From the IMG/VR virus record IMGVR_UViG_3300042922_001018: a stretch of 64,000 bases of DNA. One strand, given 5' to 3'. Shown here piece after piece: positions 1 to 9,335 of the stretch. Under the pieces are notes generated by a model. It was not told the DNA's origin. It was given only the letters and a program-made list of their open reading frames with translations, and ran no database searches. Position numbers and translations under genes: made by a program. This DNA comes from a virus (taxonomy: Duplodnaviria > Heunggongvirae > Uroviricota > Caudoviricetes). How positions within the stretch are numbered: the first letter of the stretch is position 1; every line of letters begins with the position of its first letter.

Positions 1-55
1 TGTCAACGGCGCCCTCCACCTTGCGCCTGGTACTCGCGCGTGGTACACTCAGGGC

Positions 56-724
56 ATGGACACCACGCGACTCGCACTGAAGGACATGACTCCTGAGCTG
101 CTCCTTCACGAAATCGTGCAGACGTTCCCGGACGTGTACGAGGCAGCAGTGTTCGCGGCCTACTACCACCGCCACGACACCCGCGGCCCCCGTGGAAAGC
201 TCCCGGCTGACCCGTACATCGCTCACCCCTACCGCGTGACACTTCGTCTTCTTCGCGGCGGCATGCTCGACGAGTTCACCGCGAAGGCGGCTCTGCTGCA
301 TGATGTGTTCGAAGACCACGCCGAAGACATCCACCGTGAAGAAGGAATGCCCGCAGACCTCTATCTCCCGGCAACCTTCGGCGATGACACCTGGAACGTC
401 ATCTTCGCGGTCTCCAACCCGCCGGGTAAGCTCACCCCCGAGCAGTACGCAGAGCATGTCCTGGAAATCATCGAGGACGGTGACATCCGCGCCTTCGCCG
501 TCAAGAACAGTGACCTGAGCGACAACGCCCTCTCGCTCCACCACACCCCCGGCCCGCGCCGCGGCCGTCTGGCTCGCAAGTACCTTCCAGTCGCGGAGCC
601 AGCCATGGCCCGTCTGCGTACCGCCGATGCCCGAGCTTTCCTCAGCCCGCGCGGTGCCACCGAGTCGCTGGAGATGTGGGAGCGAGGGCTTCCGAAGCTT
701 CGGGAGTTCGCGCAGGAGCAGTGA
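56..724 (+). CDS. HD-domain RelA/SpoT-type (small alarmone hydrolase-like) protein
   Basis: PYIAHP...AALLHDVFED...VKNSDLSDN motifs; TACACT-6nt-ATG leaderless start. Confidence 0.8.
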   Translation: MDTTRLALKDMTPELLLHEIVQTFPDVYEAAVFAAYYHRHDTRGPRGKLPADPYIAHPYRVTLRLLRGGMLDEFTAKAALLHDVFEDHAEDIHREEGMPADLYLPATFGDDTWNVIFAVSNPPGKLTPEQYAEHVLEIIEDGDIRAFAVKNSDLSDNALSLHHTPGPRRGRLARKYLPVAEPAMARLRTADARAFLSPRGATESLEMWERGLPKLREFAQEQ

Positions 725-1455
725 TGTTCTACGAGGCGCTTGCTCTTGTCCAGCCACCCGCTCGCGGGGGCGCCATACCGCAGTGGAAGCCACTGGCGGA
801 ACGAATCATGGGCAAGCACGCAGAGCTGCGTCCGTATCTCCAGTACATTGACACACCGTTCGCTATGGAACGGTTCCTGATGGATGTTGCCGGGGTCGAA
901 GACATCGAGTTGGTCTACGGTATCGACGGGCGCGCGCTGGAAGGCGTCAAGCATCTCTATTTCCTCCTGCATCCGATGAACGAACTTCCGGCACCGGAAG
1001 GCATCGCGAACCTTCCGAAACACTTCATCTCACGAGCATACGCATTGTCGTTGGGTGTGAATGGCCCCGACCACTTCTACACCTGGCCTAGTCTCATCTC
1101 CCAGATTGAACCGGACCACATCTTCTTGAACGACGCTGAGAAGCAGAGGGATGAGCAGAACACTCAGCTCCACGTCTTCAGTCGGCTGTTGACTGCGTAC
1201 TCTCATGCGATAGCTCATGGTGGGGCTTGCAGCGAGGACCACATGGAAGCATGCTCTGAGTTCCGGAAGATTCTGAATGAGCTGGCACCGGGCAACTCGG
1301 AGACCGTTTCGCGAGCGTTGCACATCACATCGGAGATGCCGCTGGACACGGACCCCATCGCTTTCTGTGAGACCGTCCGCGAGCATGGTCTGCATGTGGC
1401 TCGGTCCGTCCATGTCGAAGGCGTCCCGCTGGAGTACGCGAGAGCAACGGTCTGA
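724..1455 (+). CDS. Hypothetical protein, C-terminal GVPxEY family
   Basis: ATG overlaps upstream TGA; ends EGVPLEYARATV. Confidence 0.7.
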   Translation: MFYEALALVQPPARGGAIPQWKPLAERIMGKHAELRPYLQYIDTPFAMERFLMDVAGVEDIELVYGIDGRALEGVKHLYFLLHPMNELPAPEGIANLPKHFISRAYALSLGVNGPDHFYTWPSLISQIEPDHIFLNDAEKQRDEQNTQLHVFSRLLTAYSHAIAHGGACSEDHMEACSEFRKILNELAPGNSETVSRALHITSEMPLDTDPIAFCETVREHGLHVARSVHVEGVPLEYARATV

Positions 1456-2030
1456 TGAGGAACCCGTTCGCGACGGTCCGCCTCCGCGCGCAGGACCGCC
1501 CGTGGTATGACAGGCTTCGGCACATCCATCCGGAGCTGAACCTGAACACGAGTCGGCGCGAGTTCCGTTCCCTCACGCTCGTAGAAGAGCATGTCATGGC
1601 GGCGAAGAGTCTGACGCGGGCGGAAGCCTACGACCTGCATCCGGATGTCCTCGACGTGCTGTACGGAGAGTCAATGCCGGATGGCTTCGCAACAGCGGAC
1701 AGCCGTGTCATTCTCTGGTCCCTGGCTCTGGTCCGCCTGTGGTTTGACCGCCCGCTCCTGGTGGAGTCCGGCGCGGAACGAATGACCGGCGTGGTACTGC
1801 ACCATCTTCTCGAAACGGGCGGCGACCCGAAGTCGGTTGCCTTTCAAGGAGCGCTAGCTGAGCACATGGCGCCGACTTATGGGAGCAGTGCCGCCATGGT
1901 AGCCGTGTACTGTCCGGACGACATCGACCCGTTGACGTTCGTGGCTTACGTGAAGGTGTGCGGACATGCCCACGCCGAGAACATGATTCGCCAGGGTGTC
2001 AGCTTGGAGTATGCGGCGGAGATTGTTTGA
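1455..2030 (+). CDS. Hypothetical protein, C-terminal GVPxEY family
   Basis: Coupled to previous gene; ends QGVSLEYAAEIV; shares DPxxF segment with 724..1455. Confidence 0.7.
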   Translation: MRNPFATVRLRAQDRPWYDRLRHIHPELNLNTSRREFRSLTLVEEHVMAAKSLTRAEAYDLHPDVLDVLYGESMPDGFATADSRVILWSLALVRLWFDRPLLVESGAERMTGVVLHHLLETGGDPKSVAFQGALAEHMAPTYGSSAAMVAVYCPDDIDPLTFVAYVKVCGHAHAENMIRQGVSLEYAAEIV

Positions 2031-2055
2031 CGCGTCGGCGTCGCTACGCTAAGCT
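2027..2055 (+). promoter_or_regulatory. SigA-type leaderless promoter
   Basis: TTGACG-17-TAAGCT-6-ATG(2062). Confidence 0.75.
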
Positions 2056-2061
2056 GTTCTC

Positions 2062-2637
2062 ATGACGAACTTCCGCATGCACAAGGCGCTCTCCTGGCTG
2101 AAAGACGCTGAAGTGCATCTGGTGACGGTTCACGGGTCACACCTGTATGGCCTGGCGCACGCAGACTCGGACAACGACATGTACACGGTCGCTGACCTCC
2201 CGATGTACCGCCCCGTTCAGTCGGTGGACGGTGACGATGACAACACCATCGTCCCGCTCGATGCATTCTTCGACGCGTGCTGGCATGGACAGCCGAAAGC
2301 GCTCGAAGCGCTGTGGTCGCCGACGGCCGTGAAGAGTCCGCTGCTGGTAGAGTTCTCGCGTACGTTCCGTGTGGGTTCAGGGACGGCGCAGGACTCCTTC
2401 CGCCGCACGCGTGAGCATCTGTTCCGGGGTGAGAACATCAACAAGATGAAGAGCCGTCGTCACGCTCTTCGGCTGGCGGTCCAGCTCCGGTCCATCATGG
2501 AGACCGGCCGTTTCAATCCGGTGCTGAACGACCACACGAAGTTCTTGCTGACTCGTGTCGCAACTCGATACGACACACAGGAGACGTTCATCCCCGTGAT
2601 GAACGCATGGTTCGACTGGGCTTCAGACGTTCACTGA
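2062..2637 (+). CDS. Pol-beta superfamily nucleotidyltransferase
   Basis: GSHLYGLAHADSDND motif. Confidence 0.8.
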   Translation: MTNFRMHKALSWLKDAEVHLVTVHGSHLYGLAHADSDNDMYTVADLPMYRPVQSVDGDDDNTIVPLDAFFDACWHGQPKALEALWSPTAVKSPLLVEFSRTFRVGSGTAQDSFRRTREHLFRGENINKMKSRRHALRLAVQLRSIMETGRFNPVLNDHTKFLLTRVATRYDTQETFIPVMNAWFDWASDVH

Positions 2638-3881
2638 ACTCGGCTCGGCGCGTTCCCGCTGCCCGGCCAGGTGACGTTCTTCTCCAGCTCGCGAGCTTCC
2701 CTCGTCATGTACTCGCGCATTCCCCGTCGCTGCATGACTGTGTGCACGATAGCTCGGTCCGCTTCGATGAGTTCCTTCATCTTCGCTATCCTGGTCGTCT
2801 TCTCTTCGAGCTTCTTCGCGTCGAAAGAGATACCGAGAGGGGTGTCGAGCGCGCTGGTCAACGCATGCGCGAGGGCTGGAGGAGTCGCCGGGTCGGCAAG
2901 AGCTTCGTTGGCTGCGGCAACTGCTTCGGTGGCTTGGACAGCCTTGACGTACCCTTCCCATTCACGGTGGGGGTTGCTGTACTTGTCGTAGTACCAGACG
3001 TTCGTGCTCGCCGCTGAAGTCTGGTCGAGGTCACCGTTCAACACGGCGAGCTTCGCATCGAGAGCATCGAGATGCTCCTGGCTGGGAAGTCCGCGGGTCT
3101 GGAGTCCGGAGGGGAGCCGGTTGTTGTCCTTCAACAAGTCCTCATGGCCGAGCTTCTTGGTCTGCTCGCGCAGCTCTGTGATGCGTTCGACTGTGACCGG
3201 GTTCCGAGGGAACACTACCCACGGAGCCGTGTGACCTTCGGCGATAGATTTCTGAAGGTTCCGCGCCTGCTCCTGGTTCCGCGCCTGAGCCGAAGTCTCG
3301 AACAGCGCTTGGGCTGCGTCACGGTCCACCTTGAAGGCGAAGTTCGCGTAGGTACTGTCTAACGTGTTGTCTTCATCCACAATGAAAGCGGGATGCTTTT
3401 GTAGGTTCTCTACAACGGCGGCAAGACAATCGGAGTCGTGATTGTCCCCATCGTCACAGTAGCAGTACCGGCCACCGGCTCCATTGCGCGTGTGGACCAT
3501 GGCAACGGGAGTACGGCCGGTCCAGCTATCTCCTGCACGCACGGTTGGCCACTTTTCAAGCGGCTTACCAAGGTCGGGCCAGGCTAGCCACGGACCGCTT
3601 TCGAGGCGACCGAAGTCCAACTTCAGCTCGTTGTTGAGATGGTCTTCCATAGTCGTGAGCTGACGCTCACCCAGTGACTCGAACTTCTCCGTCCACCGCC
3701 CGATGATGCTCTGCCCTTCATGGTCGAGCGGTACGTCATCCACGGTGAGGCCGTATCGCTCCAGTGCAGCCACCAGTTCGGGGGCCGCGGTAGACACGAG
3801 TGTTACCTCGGCGGCGGCGCCGGTTCTCTCTGAGAACCTCCCGGCGGTGTCACGCAGGACAGCAGTCTCGTCGAAGGGCAT
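2631..3881 (-). CDS. Leader-family protein (416 aa)
   Basis: Starts MPFDETAVLRDTAGRFSERTGAAAEVTL; start revised from 4115. Confidence 0.8.
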   Translation of the reverse strand: MPFDETAVLRDTAGRFSERTGAAAEVTLVSTAAPELVAALERYGLTVDDVPLDHEGQSIIGRWTEKFESLGERQLTTMEDHLNNELKLDFGRLESGPWLAWPDLGKPLEKWPTVRAGDSWTGRTPVAMVHTRNGAGGRYCYCDDGDNHDSDCLAAVVENLQKHPAFIVDEDNTLDSTYANFAFKVDRDAAQALFETSAQARNQEQARNLQKSIAEGHTAPWVVFPRNPVTVERITELREQTKKLGHEDLLKDNNRLPSGLQTRGLPSQEHLDALDAKLAVLNGDLDQTSAASTNVWYYDKYSNPHREWEGYVKAVQATEAVAAANEALADPATPPALAHALTSALDTPLGISFDAKKLEEKTTRIAKMKELIEADRAIVHTVMQRRGMREYMTREARELEKNVTWPGSGNAPSRVQ

Positions 3882-3889
3882 GTCTCGAT

Positions 3890-3898
3890 TGTAGGCGG
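3890..3898 (-). promoter_or_regulatory. CCGCCTACA element (first of 17 copies seen)
   Basis: + strand TGTAGGCGG begins at 3890, 11648, 14041, 16063, 20845, 22075, 23409, 23975, 32862, 33658, 36100, 36999, 51719, 53182, 55050, 55555, 56801; always 7-8 nt before a minus-strand ATG. Confidence 0.9.
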
Positions 3899-3900
3899 AC

Positions 3901-3929
3901 TTGACGCGTTGCACAAGCCCGAGTAGACT
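3901..3929 (+). promoter_or_regulatory. SigA-type leaderless promoter
   Basis: TTGACG-17-TAGACT-6-ATG(3936). Confidence 0.75.
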
Positions 3930-3935
3930 CATGGC

Positions 3936-4334
3936 ATGGATGACCGCAGGAACTACCTCGACCTCCCCGAGAACCCGACGTTCAAGGAGGCGCTCGATTA
4001 CGCGCTCGCCGACATGTTCCGGGGGCCGGAATCCGCGTTCCCAGTGTATCCGGATGCCGAGCGTTCTACGCACCCGATGTGGAAGGACTGGGATGAGGTG
4101 TCCCGGTACCTTCACGCGGTTCGCGACGGCGAGGATGTGTCGGGGTACGAAATCGTGAAGGTCTTCTCAGTGAAGACTGTGGACTGGACCGAGTTCCTCG
4201 ACACGGTGGCAGGCAACTCCGACCACGATGGCCTCGTTGCGGAGGTGGAGCGCGCCGACGGGTGGACCGGTCGCTACTGCATCGAAATCTCGTTGGCCAA
4301 GGCCATCAGCGCGTTGCAGGAGACACTCCGATGA
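3936..4334 (+). CDS. Hypothetical protein
   Basis: ORF with matching promoter. Confidence 0.7.
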   Translation: MDDRRNYLDLPENPTFKEALDYALADMFRGPESAFPVYPDAERSTHPMWKDWDEVSRYLHAVRDGEDVSGYEIVKVFSVKTVDWTEFLDTVAGNSDHDGLVAEVERADGWTGRYCIEISLAKAISALQETLR

Positions 4335-4516
4335 GCGGGTCGGTGATGGCTCGCTCGGTGGGCTTGGAGACATGGCCGTATTGCTCGACCGTACAGTGCA
4401 TGGAATGTAGCGCGATGCGCGCGGCGGGCATGCCTGCGTCGCCGGTTACTCCACGTCTTCCGCTCCGTGTACGCCTGCGCCTTGCGTTCGAGCGATTCTC
4501 TCGCTAGACTGCTGCC

Positions 4517-4786
4517 ATGATGTACGGCAAGCAGCTCATGGACGCGTTCGACGCCGAACGTCGGGACTTCCTTCGTCGTGACGAGTTCGCGGCGGCTGAG
4601 GTGATGAGCAACATGGAGAGCGCGGTGAACAACGTCATGCACGGACGCCCCGCTCAGGAGATTCATGACTACGCCGTTGACCACATCGGCCGCGTGCTCG
4701 GCGATGGCCGTATCGCGCTCTACCGTGCCGAGAGGGACGCGTACAAGTACGCCCTCGATGTCATCGACTCGGTGCCGGTGCCGTAG
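4517..4786 (+). CDS. Hypothetical protein
   Basis: TTGCGT-17-TAGACT-6-ATG. Confidence 0.7.
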   Translation: MMYGKQLMDAFDAERRDFLRRDEFAAAEVMSNMESAVNNVMHGRPAQEIHDYAVDHIGRVLGDGRIALYRAERDAYKYALDVIDSVPVP

Positions 4787-4794
4787 ACCGGTCG

Positions 4795-5022
4795 TTACTG
4801 CGTTGCAGCGACGCGCACAACCCCGGTGGGAAGTGTAGCGTTGGTCCGCAGCTCGCGCTTCAGCGCGCGCGTGATACGGCGTGCGAGCACCTCGCCTTCC
4901 ATGCGGTCGGCTGCGTGTCCGATAGCCCGGACAGCGCCGTTCACTCGTACGACAGCGCGGTAGCCGCCGTCGTAGAGTCCGTAGACGAGGGAGGTGAATG
5001 TGGGTCGTGGTGTTCTAGCCAT
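4795..5022 (-). CDS. Hypothetical protein
   Basis: ORF coupled to upstream small ORF. Confidence 0.55.
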   Translation of the reverse strand: MARTPRPTFTSLVYGLYDGGYRAVVRVNGAVRAIGHAADRMEGEVLARRITRALKRELRTNATLPTGVVRVAATQ

Positions 5023-5183
5023 CAGGCTAGTGTACCACCGCGGTCATCACTCGCGAGCTTCTCCCAGATAGGCATACCACCTTCGTTCTCCCAGCCGAGT
5101 TCATCGTCAGCCGCAAGCACTCCTGCGGTCGGGCTGACCTTCGAGTCGTCCGGCTCTTCGGGATGGCGCTGGTTCTCTGCCAT
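5022..5183 (-). CDS. Small hypothetical protein (53 aa, not in ORF track)
   Basis: TAGACT-6-ATG; MAENQRHPEEPDDSK... Confidence 0.5.
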   Translation of the reverse strand: MAENQRHPEEPDDSKVSPTAGVLAADDELGWENEGGMPIWEKLASDDRGGTLA

Positions 5184-5192
5184 GCCTCCAGT

Positions 5193-5387
5193 CTACACCC
5201 GGAGGAAGATGCCCTTGCGCGCGAGCCGGACGAGCTTCCGGGCGCGGAGCTGCGCAAGCCAGAGCCACGACGCATAGGTCGTGGCTACCACGGAGCCGTT
5301 GGCGGTGTCGATGAGCTGGATGACGTAGTCGTCGTTGATGTAGCTACCGAACCCGATGGCGGTGGTGTACTGCGGAGAGGTTCCCAT
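5193..5387 (-). CDS. Hypothetical protein
   Basis: TAGAGT-6-ATG. Confidence 0.55.
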   Translation of the reverse strand: MGTSPQYTTAIGFGSYINDDYVIQLIDTANGSVVATTYASWLWLAQLRARKLVRLARKGIFLRV

Positions 5388-5573
5388 ACCCTCACTCTAG
5401 CAAGTGTTGCGCGATGTCGCAAGCCTGTGATACAGTGGCACCATGAACAAGTTCTACTAGGTCATCCCTTACCTGGATTCCGGGTGATGCAAACCGTACC
5501 ACGCTAACCGTAGCTGTACACAGTTTGTTCCAATCACCCATAGCCAATCGGCACCAGACAAAAGGAATCCATC

Positions 5574-6173
5574 ATGACCACGTTCACCCGCACCTCCCGC
5601 CTCGACAAGCGCGACGCTCACCTCATCGCGAAGCACGGCGATGACATCAAGTCTCTCCTCGTAGAGATGCGCGAGCACTCCGCCCGCGCTCCCTTCGACC
5701 CGGCCACTGCTTCGTTCGATGAGATGAAGCTTCGCTTCAACACCATCACTGCGTACGCCGACTCGGTGCTCTCGAAGTTCCCGTACGCTCAGCGTGCCTT
5801 CTTCCCGCACAACCTCTCTGGCGTCCCCATCGCGTTCATTCCGGCTGACTCTCAGTTCATCGAAGTGGTGCTCCGCAAGCGCCCGCACCGCTACGGTGTC
5901 AAGCCCGCGGAGACCCCGTACGAGTACCACTCGGTGCTGCTCCCCGCAGAGCTGTTCGGCGGTCGTATCGGCGCCATCACCAGCTACACGCGGACGACCC
6001 TGCGGTCCAACCGTGACGACCAGGCTCGGAAGGACCGGGAGGCCGCTGAAGCTGAGCAGAAGCGCCTCGTGGCCGAGCGGGACAAGCTGGACAAGGACAT
6101 CGCTGCGGCCGAGAAGAAGCTCGAAGCCATGCGTGAGAAGAAGGAGAAGCTCCCGGTCCCTGCGACGGCGTGA
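5574..6173 (+). CDS. Hypothetical protein with C-terminal coiled coil
   Basis: AAAGGA RBS; strong GC3 codon bias. Confidence 0.8.
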   Translation: MTTFTRTSRLDKRDAHLIAKHGDDIKSLLVEMREHSARAPFDPATASFDEMKLRFNTITAYADSVLSKFPYAQRAFFPHNLSGVPIAFIPADSQFIEVVLRKRPHRYGVKPAETPYEYHSVLLPAELFGGRIGAITSYTRTTLRSNRDDQARKDREAAEAEQKRLVAERDKLDKDIAAAEKKLEAMREKKEKLPVPATA

Positions 6174-6224
6174 TGATGTGATGGGTGAACCGTGCGAGTC
6201 ACATACGGTTCACCCATCACATCA
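6174..6224. terminator. Long hairpin between convergent genes
   Basis: 20-bp inverted repeat TGATGTGATGGGTGAACCGT/ACGGTTCACCCATCACATCA. Confidence 0.65.
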
Positions 6225-6746
6225 CTCCGATAGGGAAGATGCTATCGCGTATTCAATCGCGACCCCATTGGCGTGATATTCCTGGATGTCGCTCTCATAA
6301 AGCCCCGCGCGGATTAGAGCGGCCGCGTATTCGACAGGCACACCCGCGGTATGCAATCTCTCAGAAACTTCTACAGGTGCCGGAAAGCTTGGACCGCCCT
6401 CTTCCATCAGGTGCAAGGCATGTGCAGTGTTCACCGCGCCGATGTACTCGGGCGGCGTAGAAGATGCCATTGCATACTGGAAGTCTACGTCATCGCCCAT
6501 GTGAACAGCTAGCGTGACTGCCGCAACCCTCTCTGGCGTGAACCCATGTTCGTAGGCGTGCTTATATGACCCCGCCCCGTCTCGATGGTCTCCGCCTCCG
6601 CTTGAAAGCTGTTCTACTGCGCCCTCGCGCAGTAGACTCCAGGAGGGAAGGTCTTCTTCGTTCTGTGGCCCGAAGTTATCGGACCACATCCTTTCTTCGG
6701 CGCCTCGGGCGTCCCGTAACCACGCGGAGAAAGGAATCGTGCTCAT
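6222..6746 (-). CDS. Hypothetical protein, GVPxEY family
   Basis: AGVPVEYAAAL...NGVAIEYAIA. Confidence 0.7.
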   Translation of the reverse strand: MSTIPFSAWLRDARGAEERMWSDNFGPQNEEDLPSWSLLREGAVEQLSSGGGDHRDGAGSYKHAYEHGFTPERVAAVTLAVHMGDDVDFQYAMASSTPPEYIGAVNTAHALHLMEEGGPSFPAPVEVSERLHTAGVPVEYAAALIRAGLYESDIQEYHANGVAIEYAIASSLSE

Positions 6747-6791
6747 ATCCCGATGTTACCAGCAGCGTACAGCTCTGGTGATTGAAGCTGG

Positions 6792-7325
6792 TCAGTCTTC
6801 CATCACCAGCTCTACCGCGAACTCGGCAGCGATGCCCTGCGTGAACACGTCGATGATGCGCCCCGATACCGGGCCGTACGCCCGCAATAGCACTGCTGCG
6901 TACTCCGCGGGTACTCCCGCCGAATGAAGGCTCTTAGTCGCGAACGTCGGGTACGGGCTAGGGCTGAACCCTTCCTGTATGAGCCTGTCCTGGTAGGCAT
7001 CATTCACTGTGCGCTGATACGTTGCGGGGATACCGCTTTCGATAGCGCGGAGAAGGTCGCCATCATTACCTTTCCAGACGGCTCGGGACAGCTCTGCCAT
7101 CTCCTGTGAGCGGATGCCCAGGTCGAACGCACGATGGTAGTGCTTGGCTGCGGTGCTGTGAGGCCAGAGCTGACGTGCATCGAGGTAGTTGTCCCAGTCG
7201 GCCAGGCTCCACTTCGGGCGCTGGAAGATGTTGTGACCTACCTCGCGGTACCAGAGCGCTTTCTCGGCCTCGGACACGAGCGTTGCCCATCGGGCGATAG
7301 CGGCTTCTCGCTCCTTCAAGTCCAT
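6792..7325 (-). CDS. Hypothetical protein, GVPxEY family (paralog of 6222..6746)
   Basis: LHSAGVPAEYAAV...QGIAAEFAVEL. Confidence 0.7.
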   Translation of the reverse strand: MDLKEREAAIARWATLVSEAEKALWYREVGHNIFQRPKWSLADWDNYLDARQLWPHSTAAKHYHRAFDLGIRSQEMAELSRAVWKGNDGDLLRAIESGIPATYQRTVNDAYQDRLIQEGFSPSPYPTFATKSLHSAGVPAEYAAVLLRAYGPVSGRIIDVFTQGIAAEFAVELVMED

Positions 7326-7326
7326 G

Positions 7327-7764
7327 TCAAGTCTCGATGACGTTCAGCGCTTCGCGCAGCATCCGGAGTTGGTCTTCTGTGGCTTCGACCGGCGCTTTCG
7401 TCTTGTCGTAGAACTGACGCGACGGAATAACGCCTCGTACACCTCCACGAGGGTCTGCTACGTCCCCTGGGCGCCGTGGGATGAAGTGCCCGTGTGCGTG
7501 CATGATGGTCTGCCCGGCAGCGGGTCCACAGTTCCAGCCGATGTTGAAGTCGGTGACTCCGGCGGCGCGATGAGCGCGAGCGAGAGCGTCGAAGACGCGA
7601 TGGGTGTCGTATCGCTCCTCTTCGCTCAGTTCGAAGTAGTCGGAGCGGTGCTCGACGGGGATGACAAGCACGTGTCCAGGTGCGACAGCATACCCGTCGA
7701 AGACGACGTAGACGGAGCCGAAGCGCTCTCCCGTGACGTTGCAGAAACGGCAGTCAGTGCTCAT
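7327..7764 (-). CDS. HIT family nucleotide hydrolase
   Basis: CRFC; PGHVLVIP; AGQTIMHAHGHFIPR. Confidence 0.9.
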   Translation of the reverse strand: MSTDCRFCNVTGERFGSVYVVFDGYAVAPGHVLVIPVEHRSDYFELSEEERYDTHRVFDALARAHRAAGVTDFNIGWNCGPAAGQTIMHAHGHFIPRRPGDVADPRGGVRGVIPSRQFYDKTKAPVEATEDQLRMLREALNVIET

Positions 7765-7776
7765 GCGCTCGCCAGT

Positions 7777-8031
7777 TCAGGAGAGGACCGCTGCGACTTG
7801 GAAGGCAGCGGTCAGCAGGAACAGCGCCAGGGCGCCAATGAAGATGAGCCGGTTGGAGGCATCCGGGTATCGACGCAACATGATGAAGCTGGTCACCGTG
7901 AACACTGTCAGGCCGATAAGGACGGAGTACAGAGGGGCGCCGATGAGTGCCATGATGATGGTGCCGACGGCCGAGCCTAGCTGTACCCAGTAGAGACCGG
8001 GGACGCGCGGCTTCTCGTTCTGCTTCTGCAT
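7777..8031 (-). CDS. Small membrane protein
   Basis: Three hydrophobic segments. Confidence 0.65.
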   Translation of the reverse strand: MQKQNEKPRVPGLYWVQLGSAVGTIIMALIGAPLYSVLIGLTVFTVTSFIMLRRYPDASNRLIFIGALALFLLTAAFQVAAVLS

Positions 8032-8069
8032 AGCCTCAGCGTATCACATGAGCGCGAGGCTCAGCCGAA

Positions 8070-8504
8070 TCACGATTCGGTGTCGTACCAGCTCTCGATG
8101 TGGAAGAGCAGCGGGCCGTCGATACTGGGGACGATGAAGCTCTCGTAGTCCTCGTGCCAGATGATGCGGCGTCGGTCGCTATACGGCAGCTCCACATCGG
8201 CGTAGTGATACGTGATGACCACGCGCGGGACGTGCTCACCGCTGGACCACCGGACCGGTCCTTCTTCATCATCGTCCACGTAAGCGGTGTGGTCGAGCGC
8301 CTCTTCGTCGTCGCGCGGGATGCCGCGGAACAGCTCTACTCGTTCCCACCCGAGTGGGTGGGCCTTCAGCGTGCGGTCTTCTTCGTTGGGCAACGGGTCA
8401 TCGTCCCGGTCGAAGACGAGGGTGATTTCCCAGTGGTCGGGGTTGAAGTCCAGACTGAACGTCGGCGTATAGATGTAGAGGTAGCCTTCGGCGTTTATCT
8501 CCAC
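8070..8504 (-). CDS. Hypothetical protein (start uncertain)
   Basis: Protein-like 3' part of ORF 8070..8849. Confidence 0.5.
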   Translation of the reverse strand: MEINAEGYLYIYTPTFSLDFNPDHWEITLVFDRDDDPLPNEEDRTLKAHPLGWERVELFRGIPRDDEEALDHTAYVDDDEEGPVRWSSGEHVPRVVITYHYADVELPYSDRRRIIWHEDYESFIVPSIDGPLLFHIESWYDTES

Positions 8505-8604
8505 ATGCCCAACGTCCTCGTGCCCCGCGAGCCGGGGGAGTCCGATGGCCTTGCGGCGGGGGACTTTCGGCAGGCGGGGCACGAGGTCGTAGAACACGAA
8601 GCGC

Positions 8605-9273
8605 TTACTCCTCGGTGTCGTCGAGCGGCTTGATGATGGGTTCCTGCGTGCCGCTGTCGTAGATGTCCTCGACCTCGGGGGTCGTGATGATACGCGAGGC
8701 GCGGTCGAGGGCTGCCTGACCGGTGTAGGTCTCCCCACCCTCTTCGATGACCATGAGGTCGGTGGGGGTGCCGCCGACGAAGGTGTCGAGCACGAACGAG
8801 CGGAACAGGTCAGCGGTCGTCCACGTCTTGTACTCAGCGACCATGTCAATGAGCTTCGACTGGTAGTTCTTGAAGGACGCGCGGTTCGAGATGACCTCGT
8901 CCTGTACCTTCGAGTACATCTCGGTGGTAGCGGTCAGGTCGGGGTAGGCCTCGGCGATGGCCGAGAACATGGAACCGCCCGTGCCCGGTTCCATAGCGCC
9001 GTCGTAGCGCCCCTGAATGGCGTCGGAGAGGATGTCGTTCAACTTCTCGCTCTGACGGTCAGCGATGCCGAGGGTCTCGTTGATGGTGAGGATGTTTCGC
9101 GAGAGTTCGTTCTTGTTGTCGCCGTACTGGGCGACGATGCGGTTCTCGCGTTCGATGGCGCCCCCGCGCGCACTGTTCACGGTGCTGTAGCCGATGATGA
9201 GGGCGATGATGAGAGCGACGGCGATACCGCCGAAGATGATGAGCTTCTTGGTGCGGGGCGAGAGAGCAGCCAT
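8605..9273 (-). CDS. Membrane-anchored helical protein (LemA-like architecture)
   Basis: GAAAGGA RBS; N-terminal TM then helical domain. Confidence 0.65.
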   Translation of the reverse strand: MAALSPRTKKLIIFGGIAVALIIALIIGYSTVNSARGGAIERENRIVAQYGDNKNELSRNILTINETLGIADRQSEKLNDILSDAIQGRYDGAMEPGTGGSMFSAIAEAYPDLTATTEMYSKVQDEVISNRASFKNYQSKLIDMVAEYKTWTTADLFRSFVLDTFVGGTPTDLMVIEEGGETYTGQAALDRASRIITTPEVEDIYDSGTQEPIIKPLDDTEE

Positions 9274-9335
9274 GAGACTTCCTTTCATGAGGTCTGTGTG
9301 AAGAATAGCACGAGTGCGGCGTCGGCCGCAAGTTG

